Notes: generated by a model not told the origin, from the letters alone. A stretch of 64,000 bases of DNA from Malacoraja senta (GCA_038087875.1 CM075988.1:20524001-20588000), one strand, 5' to 3'. Shown: positions 10,588-23,176, counted from the stretch's first letter. Program-made: numbers and translations.

Positions 10588-11675
10588 TTTACTTTAGATT
10601 TATGATAAACAATCCGTGTTGCTATTATGTGTTTACGCTTCCAATAAAAATAATTTAAAAAAAAAGATTTATGGTTAGGTTTAGGTTTACTATTGTCCTG
10701 GGTACGAGGTACAGTGCAAAGCTTTGTTTTGCATGATGTACAAACAGATCAGATAATACTATACATAAATACAATCAAGCACAACTCAAGTACAATACAT
10801 CGAGCAAAGGAGAAGGTACAGAGTGCAGAATATAGTTCTCAGCATTGTAGCACAGTGTAGCTAATCAGTTCCTTAGACAAAGTTGAATGTCCTCAATGGG
10901 GTAGAGGTGAATCGGACAGTACCCCAGCTTATGGAAGGAACGTTCGGAAGCCTGAAAACAGTAAGGAAGAAGCTGCGCGCTTTCAAGTTTCTGTACCTTC
11001 TGCTGGATGGGAGCAGGGAGAAGAAGAATAACTCGGGTAGGACCAGTCTTTGATAATGTTGAAGGTAGACACAAAATGCTGGAGTAACTCAGTAGGTGAG
11101 GCAGCATTTATGGAGAGAAGGAATGGGTGATGTTTCGGGTCGAGACCCTTCTTCAGACTGACGTGTCGTGTCGAGACCCTTCTTCAGAATTCTACACTGG
11201 CTTTGATAATGTTGGCTGCTTTTGTGAGACAAAGTTAATAAACTAATTCGTAAAAAATATAAAATCAGCGCATGTTAAAACCTAAATATATTATCAAAAT
11301 AATACACACTAATAACTTTTTTAGAGGTGTCACAATGCCGTGCTGGTACATACCGTTACAAAGTAGCACTGGTACCATTAGTTTGTGCCTCTCTCCCTGT
11401 TAGTCATGCCCATTGGCACAGGTCATGGCTAGGGTTGAATGAGTGGCAAAGCTGAACTTCTGGTGGAAAACAAGAGATAGATTGCATGCCCAACCACAGG
11501 AATTCCTTGGAAAAGATCCAAAACCAATGATGGAAATGAAACACAATAATAGTTTCTGTTGCTTTTAATAGCTCTTATTGTACGGCTGTGTGTCTGGTTT
11601 TACAATCTTGGGATCCTGGTGATCAATTTTCCCTGTGAACAAGGAAATGGGCAACAAGTTTCACTTTCACTGTAA

Positions 11676-12005
11676 TGGCCCTGTCCCACCGTACGAGTTC
11701 ACTCCAAGAGCTCTCCCGAGTTTAAAAAAAATCAAACTCGTGGTAAGCACGGAGAATGAACGTAGCGGGTACGTCGGAGTTCGGGGACGTCTCTTAGTGG
11801 CTCGTAACGCTAACGGCAGGTACTCGGGAAGACTCGCTAACGGCAGGTAAGCACGGGAAGACACGTGAAGATTTTTCAACATGTTGAAAAATGTCCACGA
11901 GAGCCCCGAGTACCGACGAGCGGCCATTACCGTAAATCTCCGAGTTCGAATCAGGGCAAACTCGGGAGAGCTCTTGGAATGAACTCGTACCGTGGGACAG
12001 GGCTT
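11676..12005. mobile_element. Harbinger/PIF-type MITE, family A copy 1 (330 bp)
   Basis: ~48-bp TIRs beginning NNGCCCTGTCCCAC. TAA on both flanks (11673-11675, 12006-12008). Confidence 0.85.
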
Positions 12006-12788
12006 TAAGAATTGCACAAATCTTCATGACATTGCAAAGAGCAGCATACAAGTTCTCAATGCAAGCAGCAAATATATTTCAAAATATCACGCAAAAACCT
12101 GCTAGGTTTGATTTTAAACTTGAAGTGTGGGTCAGTTCAGAATGGTCAAGTACAGGTGTGAATCTTACATTGTCATAGAGTCATATAATTGGAAACAGGC
12201 CCTTTGGCCCAACATGTCCATGCTGACGAAGATCCCTCATCTAAGCTCGAGTCATTTGCCCGTGTTTGATCCATAACTCTCTAAGGTTTTCCGATCTGCA
12301 GAATTGTACAAACAGATTGCAATTTGGTCCTTTATGCTGATTTACAAAGCTGAACATTTTATTAGAGACGAGCAGTGAGTGAGATGTGAGGACTAACAGG
12401 CAGTGAGGTAAATGTTACTGTCTCTAATAGGTAGCAATGTTGTACTCCTCAATCCTCCAGACACGGACACAAGGCCTCTTCCTGTGCTGTAAACTTGTAT
12501 AATTTTGTAAACCATCAGTTTAACTTTATATTTACTGTACTTTGCACTGCCTCAGCAACGCCATCAGGACAATCAAGGACCAGTCTCATCCCGGTCACTC
12601 CCTCTTCTCCCTCTCCCATCAGGCAAGTGATATAGAAGTTTGAATACGCACACCTCCAAATTCAGGGACAGTTTCTTCCAGCTCTTATCAAGCAACTGAA
12701 CCATCCTATCACCAACTAGAGAGCAGTCCTGACCTCCCATCCACCTCATTGGAGACCTTTGAACAATCTTTAATCAGACTTTACTGGT

Positions 12789-12949
12789 TCTTCTTATCGA
12801 GTCCATGCACAAGATTAGAAGTTGTTCAGCCAGAGTTGAGCACACTTCTCGGCATCTGCATACAATGGTGTCTGTCTTGCGCTTCTTGTGCTTCTTGTGC
12901 GTGGTGGTGGAAAGCAGGGCCGTGACGTGAACGCTCTTTCCTTGATCCT
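12789..12949 (-). mobile_element. 161-bp short retroelement (Ingi/Vingi-like derivative, tentative) inserted into a Rex1 fragment
   Basis: 11-bp TSD ACTTTACTGGT (12778-12788, 12950-12960). 3' end 'ggactcgataagaagaa'. The 5' end is homologous to the HDV-like fold at 21670-21735. Confidence 0.7.
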
Positions 12950-14414
12950 ACTTTACTGGTCTTTATTTTGGACATCGCGTTATCCTCATTATCCTGTTTC
13001 GGTACACTGTGGATATCTTGATTGTAATCATGTTTTCACTGACTGGATGGCATGCAAGAAAAAGTTTTTCACTGTACCTCGGTACATGTGACAATAATAA
13101 ACTAAACTAAACTAATATTCTGGTCTTTAACCTCCATGGAAACCAACAACTTTTGAATAATGTAATAACAAGGATTTGCAGTTGCTGGTTTATACGAAAG
13201 ATAGACACAAAATGCTGGAGTAATTCAGTGGGTCAGGCAGCTTCTCTGGCGAAAATGGAAAGGTGACATTTCAGGTCAGGATTCATCTTCAGATTTTTTT
13301 GTATAAGTTGGTCTGATATGATGCTGTAATATGGAGACATAAGTGATTGCAGATGCTGGAATCTTGAGCAAAGCACAAAGTGCTAGAGGAACTCAGCAGG
13401 TTTGGGAGCATCTGTGGAGCGAATGGATAGGCGATGTTTCAGGTAAGGACCCTTCTTCAGACTCCGTCCACAAATGCTGCCTGACTTGTTGAGTTCCTCC
13501 AGCATTTTGATTGGTGCACATGTACCTTTTGTCAAATGTTCCAGACTCAGTATTTATATCTCAAGTGAGGCATTAGAACTTTATTTGATTAGTAATAAGG
13601 TAAAGAGTGAACAGTTTTAGCAAAACAGTGTGGAAACAGGCCCTTCGCCCACCGGGTCCATGCCAGCCATTGCTCACCCAAACACTAGTTCTATTGTACA
13701 CAGTAGGGACAATTTACACAAGCCAATTAACCTACAGATCTCCACGAATTTGAGAAAACCGGAGCACCCTGAAAAAATCCATGGGGTCCAAGGAAGAACG
13801 TGCTAATTCCATACGGACAGCACCCATAGTCATAATGGAACCCGAGGTTCTGGCGATGTAAGGCAGTAGATCTACAGCTGTGCCACTGTGCCACCCAACA
13901 GTGAGTGGATAGAACTTCCAAAGTTGTTCTAAAAGTTGTAATTCTTCAAGAGACGTCATGATCCTGCTCTGTAAGTGGATTTGAGAATTGAACATCTTGG
14001 TTGCCTGTGGTAGACTTTATGCCAAGCAGACGTCTAATTGTGGGGTCTGAGATCAGATATTAGAAGGAGCAGTATTTAGCTGTGGGTATTTCTCCAATGA
14101 ACGTCAGGTAGGAGTGCTCAAAAATCAAATCTTACAGAGCAAATTAATGTTAGATGCATAATTATTTTTCCAGACTAGTGTATCAAGCCAGTTGTTGCAG
14201 GGAAAGTGTTGTGCTAAATACAGCTTATTCACCTTATCTCATTCATCAGTGTGGAGCCACGTTATGCAGGTTCAGGAATTGGGAGAACTTGCTCCTGTTT
14301 GCCAGGAAAGTTGCATTCCATCGTACATCTCTCCTTTTTAGGGCAGTCTGTCCTGTAGCAAACGACGGGCCTCGTGGATTTGGAGAGCATTTGTAAATGG
14401 TGCACAGTGGAAGC

Positions 14415-14885
14415 AGAGGATGCTGCCAGGACTAGAGGCCCTGAGCTATAGGCAGAGTTTGAGCAGGCTGGGTCTCTATTCCTTGGAGCGCAGGAGGATG
14501 AGGGGTAATCTTACAGAGGTATATAAAATCATGAGAGGAATCGATCGGGTAGAAGCACAGAGTCTCTTGCCCAGGGTAGGGGAATCGAGGACCACAGGGC
14601 ATAGGTTTAAGTTGAAAAGGTTAAATGGGAATCTGGGGGCGTAACATTTTCACTGTAAAAGGGTGGTGGATGTATGGAACGAGCTGCCAGAGGAGGTAGT
14701 TGAGGCATGGACTATCGCAACGTTTAAGAAACAGTTAGACAGGTACATGGATGGGATAGGTTTGGAGAGATATGAGCCAAACGCAAGCAGGTGGGACTAG
14801 TGTAGCTGGGACATGTTGGCCGGTGTGGACAAGTTGGGCTGAAGGGCCTGTTTCCACACTGTATCACTCTATGACCCTATGACTC
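14415..14885 (+). mobile_element. CR1-like LINE 3' fragment
   Basis: Encodes LSRLGLYSLERRRMRG..VYKIMRGIDRV. Tail 'gggctgaagggcctgtttcc..ctctatgaccctatgact'. Confidence 0.85.
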
Positions 14886-16413
14886 CAGGTACTGCGATGA
14901 AGGAAATGAGTGTTAAGTGAGAATGTGGTGCAATTCCTGGATGGTGCTGGGCTTCCAGAGCTGCCTTCATGAACCATAGAACAGTACAGCATCGGTGCAC
15001 AACATGACGCCAAGTCAAGCTAATCCCCTCTATCTGCACTTGATCCACATCCCTCCATTCCCTGCATATCCACGAGCCTCTCTAAAGCCTCTTCAACACC
15101 ACTATCATATCTGCCACCACCACCCCTGGCAGCACGTTCCAGGCACCCACCGCCCTCTGTGTAAAATACTTGCCCCGCATATCTCCTCTAAACATTGCCC
15201 TTCTCATCTTAAAGCTATGCCCTCGAGTCTTTGACATTTCCATCCTGGGAAAATGATTCTGACTGTCAACTCTCTCTATCCCTCTTATAATTTTATAGAC
15301 TTCTATCAAGTCTCCGATGTTTAGTGCTGAACATGATGCCGTTAAACTAATCTCCTCTGCCAGAACTTGATCCATAGCCGTCCATATCCTGTATATCCAT
15401 GCGTCTATCTAAAAAAGTCCTATAAAACCGCAATATTTCATATCAATTTCCAAATGTAAGTTGCTGGCACTTTTTGCCCTGCCATTATTTGCATTGAGCA
15501 TATTCAAATCAATGATCGGTATCTTGTTTCAATAGAAAATAAATGATTTTAAAAAATCACTTTCTCTCAAGATAACTGCAAAAACAAACAGCTCTGTTTT
15601 CTATTCTGAAAACCACATCCATTCTCTTCTCATCTGAGCTCTTTAAAGTTTGTATGCACTTGGGAATTAGTTGATGATAATTTTTCAAAAGGAATTTTGT
15701 TACAGCTGTTATACATAACTTAATTCTCAATTGAATATATTTACCCCATGGACTGCAGTGTAAGAAACATTTGCCTGGCATCTGTTGTCTCGTTGCTTTC
15801 TCAATCAAATTATTTCACTCCGTAGTAATTAGCAGATAAACCACTCTGAAGACCCTGACTCTAAAATGAAGGAATGACTCATTTATTGAGAGCACCATCA
15901 TTGGTGACATTCACAGGACAACATCTTAAAGAAGGTTCAAGGTTGTTCTGGGACCCACAAGAAACTACAGATGCTGGAATCTTGAGCAAAACACAAAATG
16001 TTGGCGGAACTCAGTGGGTCAGGCAGCATCTGTGGAGGGAAGGCACAGATGTTTTGGGTTGCACCCTTCTTCAGCCTGATCAGTTGACCTGGATGGATGA
16101 ATTGTCAGAGACCAATAACGCCACTGCTTTGAAGTCACGACGTTTAACTAAGGTGGATGATGCAACATTGTCAAGGATGAAAAACTATAATCCATCTCCA
16201 GTGAAAACAATTAGTTTGTTTCTATATATCAGAATGCACATTAATATAAAAGTCACCCTCAATTTGCTTTGATCTAATTAGTTACTTGGAGAAAAAAAGA
16301 AACTGCAGATGTTAGACTCTTGCATAAAACACAAAGTGCTGGAGGAACTCTGTGTCAAGCAGCATCTGTGGAGGGAATGGACAGGCAATGTCCATTACAT
16401 CTTATTTCAAGCA

Positions 16414-17863
16414 GCATGCTCAGGGGATGTGCCGACCAGCTGGCTCTGGTTCTGACAGACATTTTTAACATCTCCTTGAACCAGGCCATTGTTCCATCAT
16501 GTTTCAAGACAGCTACCATCATACCAGTTCCCAAAAAGTCTACAATAACCTGCCTAAATGATTACCGCCCCGTAGCACTCACACCAATAATAATGAAGTG
16601 CTTTGAGAGGCTTATTAAGCAGCACATGGTCTCTAAACTCCCCTCCAGTTTTGACCCGTTCCAGTTTGCTTATCGCCCGAACCGCTCCACAGAGGATGCA
16701 ATCTCCTCTGCAGTCCACCTGAGCCTACAACACCTGGAGGAGAAGAATACCCAAGTGCGGATGCTGTTTGTTGATTTCAGCTCAGCATTTAACACGATAA
16801 TCCCCCAGCATCTGGTGAGCAAACTGGCACCCCTAGGTTTCAATACCATACTATGCAACTGGATCCTGGATTTCCTTTCCGAAAGACCCCAGTCTGTGCG
16901 GGTGGGGAAGAACACCTCCTCTGTCATCAAACTGAGCACAGGCTCCCCTCAGGGCTGTGTCCTGAGTCCGCTGCTCTTTACATTGATGACACATGACTGT
17001 GTCGCCAGGTCCACCACTAACCATATCATCAAATACGCGGATGACACAACAGTAGTGGGCCTCATCCGCAATAACGACGACCAGGCATATAGAGAGGAGG
17101 TGGAACAGCTGGTGAGCTGGTGCAGCAGGAACAACCTTCTCCTAAATGGCAACAAAACCAAGGAGATTGTAGTCGATTTCAGAAGGAAAATTCAGCCCAG
17201 TCACACTCCACTTTGCATCAACAACTCAGCAGTGGAGCAGGTGAAAAGCATCAAGTTCCTGGGGGTGCATATAACGGACACCTTAAACTGGTCCACAAAC
17301 ATTACATCTCTGGCAAAACGGGCACATCAGCGGTTGTACTTCCTCCGCAGGTTGAGAAGTTTACACCTCCACCCTCCCATCCTCGCCACTTTCTACAGAA
17401 GCACAATTGAGTCGGTCATGACCGGCTGTATCTCTACGTGGTGCGGCAGCTGTACAGCTGCAGACTGGAAGTGCCTTCAGAGAGTGGTGAGGACAGCGGA
17501 AAAAATCATTGGGACTTCTCTTCCTTCCATCATGGACATGGGGTACAAGCGCTGTCTGAGTAGAGCTAAGGGCATTACCAAAGCCCCCACACACCCACAA
17601 TTTGGACTGTTTATACTGCTTAACTCTGGGAGGAGGTACCGCAGCATGAAGAGCGGGACAACCAGGTTCTGCAACAGCTTCATCCCCCAGGCCATAAGAT
17701 TATTGAACAATCAATTAAACCGAGGCTAGAACTTTTAAAATATCGACACTTCTAAAAAAAAATAACTGGAGAGTCAAATGCAACGAAATTTCGTTCTAGG
17801 TGCACTGTGTATAGGTGTATATCTGAATGACAATAAAGTTTTCATTCATTCATTCATTCATTC
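16414..17863 (+). mobile_element. 5'-truncated Rex1/Babar LINE, inserted within a PLE-derived palindromic unit
   Basis: Uninterrupted RT ORF, AATAAA signal and (TTCA)n tail at 17841-17863. The flanks (16295-16390, 17866-17910) are opposite-orientation pieces of the PLE pseudo-LTR repeat. Confidence 0.9.
16416..17729 (+). CDS. Rex1/Babar reverse transcriptase (partial ORF, no endonuclease)
   Basis: Motifs [52 protein letters not shown] and KFLGVHI. The first ~32 codons of the tracked ORF (16320) derive from flanking repeat. Confidence 0.85.
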   Translation: MLRGCADQLALVLTDIFNISLNQAIVPSCFKTATIIPVPKKSTITCLNDYRPVALTPIIMKCFERLIKQHMVSKLPSSFDPFQFAYRPNRSTEDAISSAVHLSLQHLEEKNTQVRMLFVDFSSAFNTIIPQHLVSKLAPLGFNTILCNWILDFLSERPQSVRVGKNTSSVIKLSTGSPQGCVLSPLLFTLMTHDCVARSTTNHIIKYADDTTVVGLIRNNDDQAYREEVEQLVSWCSRNNLLLNGNKTKEIVVDFRRKIQPSHTPLCINNSAVEQVKSIKFLGVHITDTLNWSTNITSLAKRAHQRLYFLRRLRSLHLHPPILATFYRSTIESVMTGCISTWCGSCTAADWKCLQRVVRTAEKIIGTSLPSIMDMGYKRCLSRAKGITKAPTHPQFGLFILLNSGRRYRSMKSGTTRFCNSFIPQAIRLLNNQLNRG

Positions 17864-18324
17864 GCGAATGCTACTTGATCAGTTGAGTTCCTCCAGCACT
17901 TTGTGTGTTACTGTTGGGGTATCAGAATAATGACTTTTCAAATCAAACATAAAATATTCTGGCAAATTACATAATGCATTTCATTTTTAGACACACTAAG
18001 TATGGTTATTTTTATCATAATTTGCATGGTTGCGTCTCTAAATGTTACAACATTATGCAACAAAAACATTGGCTTGAATGGAACTTTAAGTAAACAATCA
18101 AACTACTATAAAGAACCACAACTAAAGCCTAGTGGTTTTCTTCATCTGATTCTATTTGTTCCTGTTCTATATTTGTTTAGGTAATGAGTAATTCACGAAG
18201 GAAGCAGCTTCAGGGGAATTGGTGAGTCCCGAGGTTGACTAAATAAAGGCAGCCATTCAAAGCAGCCAAAATATTCCATCTCCCCTTCTTTTGGGGAATG
18301 TTCACCCTTCTTTATTCCAGCATT

Positions 18325-18942
18325 TGGTTTTGTTTGGTTTAGAGATACAGCACGGAAGCAGGCTCTTCGGCCCACCGAGTCCGCACCGACCAGCGATCAC
18401 CCGCACATTAACAGGATCCTACACAAGGGCCAATTGTTACGTTTATACCAAGCCAATTGGTGCATGGTGACATGGTGGCGCAGCGGTAGAGTTGTGGTGC
18501 CGGAGATCCGGGTTCGATCCCGACTACGGGTGCTGTCTGTATGGAGTTTGTACGTTCTCCCCGTGACCGCGTGGTTTTTCTCCGAGATCTTCGGTTTTCT
18601 CCCACACTCCAAAGACGTACAGGTTTGTAGGTTAATTGACTTGGTACAAGTGTAAATTGTTAATGTGCGGGGATCGCTGGTCGGTGCGGACTCGGTGGGC
18701 CGACGGGCCTGTTTCCACACTGTATCTCTAAACTAAATTAAACTAAACTAATTAATCTATGAACCTGTACTTTTTTGGAGTGCGGGAGGAAACCGGAGCA
18801 CCCAGAGAAAACCCACACAGGTCACGGGTAGAATGTACAAACTACGTACAGACAGGCACCTTAGCCAGGATCGAACCCGGGTCTCTGGAGCTGTAAGTGC
18901 TGTAAGGCAGCAACTCTACCGCTGTGCCAACGTGCTGCCCAC
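18325..18942. mobile_element. Cluster of V-SINE pieces in alternating orientation (a + copy at ~18463-18750 inside a - copy)
   Basis: Minus-strand tail at 18325-18460, a full plus-strand SINE, then minus-strand V-domain and head at 18750-18942. Confidence 0.8.
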
Positions 18943-19954
18943 CATTACTCTGATTCCCTCCCTTAATTCTTCCTCCAGCTGAGAGCATTACTGCCACTTC
19001 CTGCTGCCTTCAGACCTGGTGAAACTTCTCCTGATGGGCTGTACAAACTTCTACAGATGTACCACATAAAGCGTACTGTCGAGTTGCATCACAGCTTGGT
19101 TTTGGAACAGCTCTGCCCAAGATTGCAAGAAATTGCAGCCAATTTTAGATGTAGCCCAGTCCATCACACAGACCAGACTCCCCACCATTGACTCCATCTA
19201 AACTTCATGATGCCTCAGAAAAGCTTAGCATTATTATTATCAACAATATGTCACGGACCAACCACATTGATAGGGCAGCCTAGAAGGCACACCGATGCCT
19301 CTACTATCTCAGGAGACTCAGGAAATTTGGTATGACTCTCACAAAGTTCTACAGATGCATCATAGCAAGCAGACTGTTGGGTTGCATCACAGTTTGGTCT
19401 TGGACCAGCTCTGCCCCAGACCACAAAAAATAGCTGAAAGTTGCAGTTGTAGCCCATTCCTTCACACAGACTAGACTACCCACCATCAATTGCATCTACA
19501 CTTTATTCTGTCTTGGAAAAGCAGCCAACATAATCAAATACTTGCTCCACCCTGGTCATTCCTCCTCCTCCCTGCTCTGGTCAGGCAGAAGGTACAGAGA
19601 TTTGAAAGCGTGCACCACCAGACTCAGGAACAGCTTCTTCCTGTTATCAGGCATTTGAACGGCCCTTCCATAAGCTAAGCTGCTCTGTCAGATTCACCTC
19701 TACGCTGTTGCAGACATTGGACTTTGTCTCGGGAACTGATGTTCGACAATACTGAGAACTATATGCCCTGAACTCCTGTTGATCCTGCAATTATATCCTA
19801 CACCTTGGTACATGTGACAATAATACATCTAAACTATTAACTTGCTTTACCTTTACATGGTTCACCTCTGCATTTTCCCTTCCTCTCCCAAGCATCTTCA
19901 TCACCATTTCAGACAATAAGCTAACAACATTCCACAGACACTGACAGCTAACAT

Positions 19955-20085
19955 ATCTTCACTTCCCCATTCCTGGGTCCTGTGAGGACCTTGATCCTTT
20001 CTCTTCGTTCCTTCATCTTCAGCGTATATGTCCTGACAATATCTCCTTCCACAGTAACAACCTGGTATGTCCTTCATTCTCTTCA
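19955..20085 (+). mobile_element. Old PLE RT thumb/linker remnant
   Basis: Translates as CEDLDPFSSFLHLQRICPDNISFH, resembling the PLE motif C....P.SQFLR.RRICS....F. Confidence 0.4.
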
Positions 20086-20784
20086 TTGCGTTATAGAGTC
20101 AAATGGCATAGAATAAACAATGTTGGAGAAACACAAGAGTGTTTTATCGTCAAATGTCCTGAAATAGAGCAATTACGTTCTTACTTGCAGTAACACAACA
20201 GATATGTAAGTAAGGTACTCAGTAGACACCATAATAAACAATAAAAGAAGATTGATATATAAAAACAAAACAAAAACGTAATATTGTGCAAAGAATAAAC
20301 CAAAGCCCCAAGTCCCTAATGTAATCAAGGTAGTTCACAGTTTGGGATTTAATTGGAGTTTGTAGTGTTCAATAACCTGATATTTGTTGGGAAGAAGCTG
20401 CTCCTGAACCTGACCGTTACAGTTTTTAGGCTCCTATACCATTTTTCTGATGGCAAAAGTAAAATGGGAGCTTGACCAGGGTGGTGTGGGTCATTGATGT
20501 TGCTGCCTGTCTTTTTGAGATGGTGTCTCATGTAGATCCCTTCGATGGTGGGAAGCAGGAGGTTAGTAGGGAATAGAAAGATGATGTTTCAGATCTGGAC
20601 CCTTCTTCAGCTTCTGCAGTCACTTGTGTTTCCTATGTACTTGTACTCCTAGGCCCCTCTGTTCTACAATACTCCCCAAGGCCCTACCACTCACTGTGAA
20701 AGTCTTACTCTGGTTTGATGTCCGGTCTTTAATGAAGCTGTCATATTCTTGACTCATCAATCTTTCCCACCAGTGTCACGGTGG

Positions 20785-21103
20785 TCATGGTGGTGCAGCG
20801 GTAGAATTGCTGCCTTACAGCGAATGCAGCGCCGGAGACCCGGGTTGGATCCCGACTACAGGTGCTGTCTGTACTACAGTTGGAGTTTGTAAATTCTCCC
20901 CGTGACCTGCGTGGGTTTTCTCCGAGATCTTCGGTTTCCTCCCACACTCCAAAGGCGTACAGGTTTGTAGGTTAATTGGCTTTGGTAAATGTAAAAATTG
21001 TCCCTAGTGGGTGTAAGATAATGTTAATGTGCGGGGATCGCTGGTCGGTGTGGACCTGGTGGGCCGAAGGGCCTGTTTCCGCGCTGTATCTCTAAACTAA
21101 ACC
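20785..21103 (+). mobile_element. tRNA-derived V-SINE (HE1-like)
   Basis: Same architecture as 2271-2560, with a (CTAAA)n tail. Further copies lie at ~13615-13895(-), 24105-24285(-), 35048-35353(+), 42735-42870(-), 44752-45028(-), 45825-46060(+), 49545-49675(-), 52052-52316(-), 53140-53390(-), 55845-56006(+), 60217-60531(+) and 61860-62480(+). Confidence 0.85.
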
Positions 21104-21538
21104 AAAAAAACGTGCTTTTTCTCAATGCACTGGTGGGAGCAGCTAATGAGTCAAGAATTGTCACAAAATATACAATATCATTAGTCTAAATCAATGTGAA
21201 AATTAGCTTGATTGATTGTCTCATCAAAATACTGGTCACAGGACATTGCTTGTTGGTGCATAAAAGGGGATTTTTACTGATTAAATGAACTTTTCCTATA
21301 GATTGTGATTGCAAGTGGTGCTGAGGGCCCTGACAGAGATGAGACCCCAACAGCAGAACGTATGTAAGAATACTCTTCTATTGTTGGCTTGAGAGCTGTT
21401 TGTTCTCTGGATTGTTTCATTAGACTCCCCCGACAAGCCGTGGTGTCAAGAAATATTAGAACTAAATTGAGTTGTATATGGTTCTTCATTTGTCACGTAC
21501 CAAGGTATAGCAAAATTCATTTTTGTATACAGTTCAGT

Positions 21539-21735
21539 CTTCTTCTTCTTCTTTTGTGTCCATCTTGTTACAAATGTTGACATCGCTATCATCGTCCGTC
21601 CTGAAAAGGACGCAAGCTTCCGGCGACAATCAGTGGGAGTCATCACTTGTTACAATAGATGATGGTGGTAGAAGAATTAGCTCAGGATACTTCCAGTTTC
21701 CAGCCCCGCGACGTGGACGCTTCTGCTATGGGGCC
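21539..21735 (-). mobile_element. 197-bp short non-autonomous retroelement (Ingi/Vingi-like, tentative) with a 5' HDV-like ribozyme
   Basis: 12-bp TSD ATACAGTTCAGT (21527-21538, 21736-21747). 3' end 'ggacacaaaa(gaa)n'. No ORF. Confidence 0.8.
21670..21735 (-). ncRNA. Candidate HDV-like self-cleaving ribozyme
   Basis: Minus-strand RNA: GGCCCC(P1) AU AGCAGAA(P2) GCG(P3) UCCACGU(L3) CGC(P3') GGGGCU(P1') GG(P1.1) AAACUGGAAGUAUCCUGAG(P4) CUAA(J4/2) UUCUUCU(P2'). G1.U wobble at the cleavage site. Confidence 0.8.
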
Positions 21736-21749
21736 ATACAGTTCAGTAC

Positions 21750-23176
21750 GGCCCCATAGCAGAAACGGGGAATTACAGACCAGTTAGTCTAACATCGGTA
21801 GTGGGGAAACTGCTAGAGTCAGTTATTAAAGATGGGATAGCAGCACATTTGGAAAGTGGTGAAATCATTGGACAAAGTCAGCATGGATTTACGAAAGGTA
21901 AATCATGTCTGACGAATCTTATAGAATTTTTCGAGGATGTAACTAGTAGAGTGGATAGGGGAGAACCAGTGGATGTGTTGTATCTGGACTTTCAGAAGGC
22001 TTTCGACAAGGTACCACATAAGAGATTAGGATTCAAACTTAAATCACACGGTATTGGGGGTTCAGTATTGATGTGGATAGAGAACTGGCTGGCAAACAGG
22101 AAACAAAGAGTAGGAGTAAACGGGTCCTTTTCACAATGGCAGGCAGTGACTAGTGGGGTACCGCAAGGCTCAGTGCTGGGACACCAGCTATTTACAATTT
22201 ATATTAATGATCTGGACGAGGGAATTGAAAGCAACATCTCCAAGTTTGCGGATGGCACTAAGCTGGGGGGCAGTGTTAGCTGTGAGGAGGATGCTAGGAG
22301 TCTGCAAGGTGACTTGGATAGGCTGGGTGAGTGGGCAAATGTTTGGCAGATGCAGTATAATGTGGATAAATGTGAGGTTATCAACTTTGGTGGCAAAAAC
22401 GGGAAGGCAGACTATTATCTAAATGGTGGCAGATTAGGAAATGGGGAGATGCAGCGAGACCTGGGTGTCATGGTACACCAGTCATTGAAAGTAGGCATGC
22501 AGGTGCAGCAGGCAGTGAAGAAAGCGAATGGTATGTTGGCCTTCATAGCAAGAGGATTTGAGTATAGGAGCAGGGAGGTTCTACTGCAGTTGTACAGGGT
22601 CTTGGTGAGACCACACCTGGAGTATTGCGTACAGTTTTGGTCTCCAAATCTGAGGAAGGACATTATAGCCATAGAGGGAGTGCAGAGAAGGTTCACCAGA
22701 CTGATTCCTGGGATGTCAGGACTTTCATATGAAGAAAGACTGGATAGACTTGGCTTATACTCGCTAGAATTTAGGAGATTGAGAGGGGATCTTATAGAAA
22801 CGTACAAAATTCTTATGGGGTTGGACAGGCTAGATGCAGGAAGATTGTTCCCGATGTTGGGGAAGTCCAGGACAAGGGGTCACAGCTTAAGGATAAGGGG
22901 GAAATCCTTTAAGACTGAGATGAGGAAAAACTTTTTCACACAGAGAGTGGTGAATCTCTGGAACTCTCTGCCACAGAGGGTAGTTGAGGCCAGTTCATTG
23001 GCTATATTTAAGAGGGAGTTAGATGTGGCCCTTGTGGCTAAAGGGATCAGGGGGGTATGGAGAGAAGGCAGGTACGGGATACTGAGTTGGATGATCAGCC
23101 ATGATCATATTGAATGGCGGTGCAGGCTCGAAGGGCCGAATGGCCTACTCCTGCACCTATTTTCTATGTATCTATA
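21750..23176 (+). mobile_element. Young 5'-truncated CR1-like (HER1-type) LINE
   Basis: RT ORF 21801-23177, 3' stem-loop 'ggctcgaagggccgaatggcc' and TTTCTATG tail. AGTAC on both flanks (21745-21749, 23177-23181). Confidence 0.92.
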
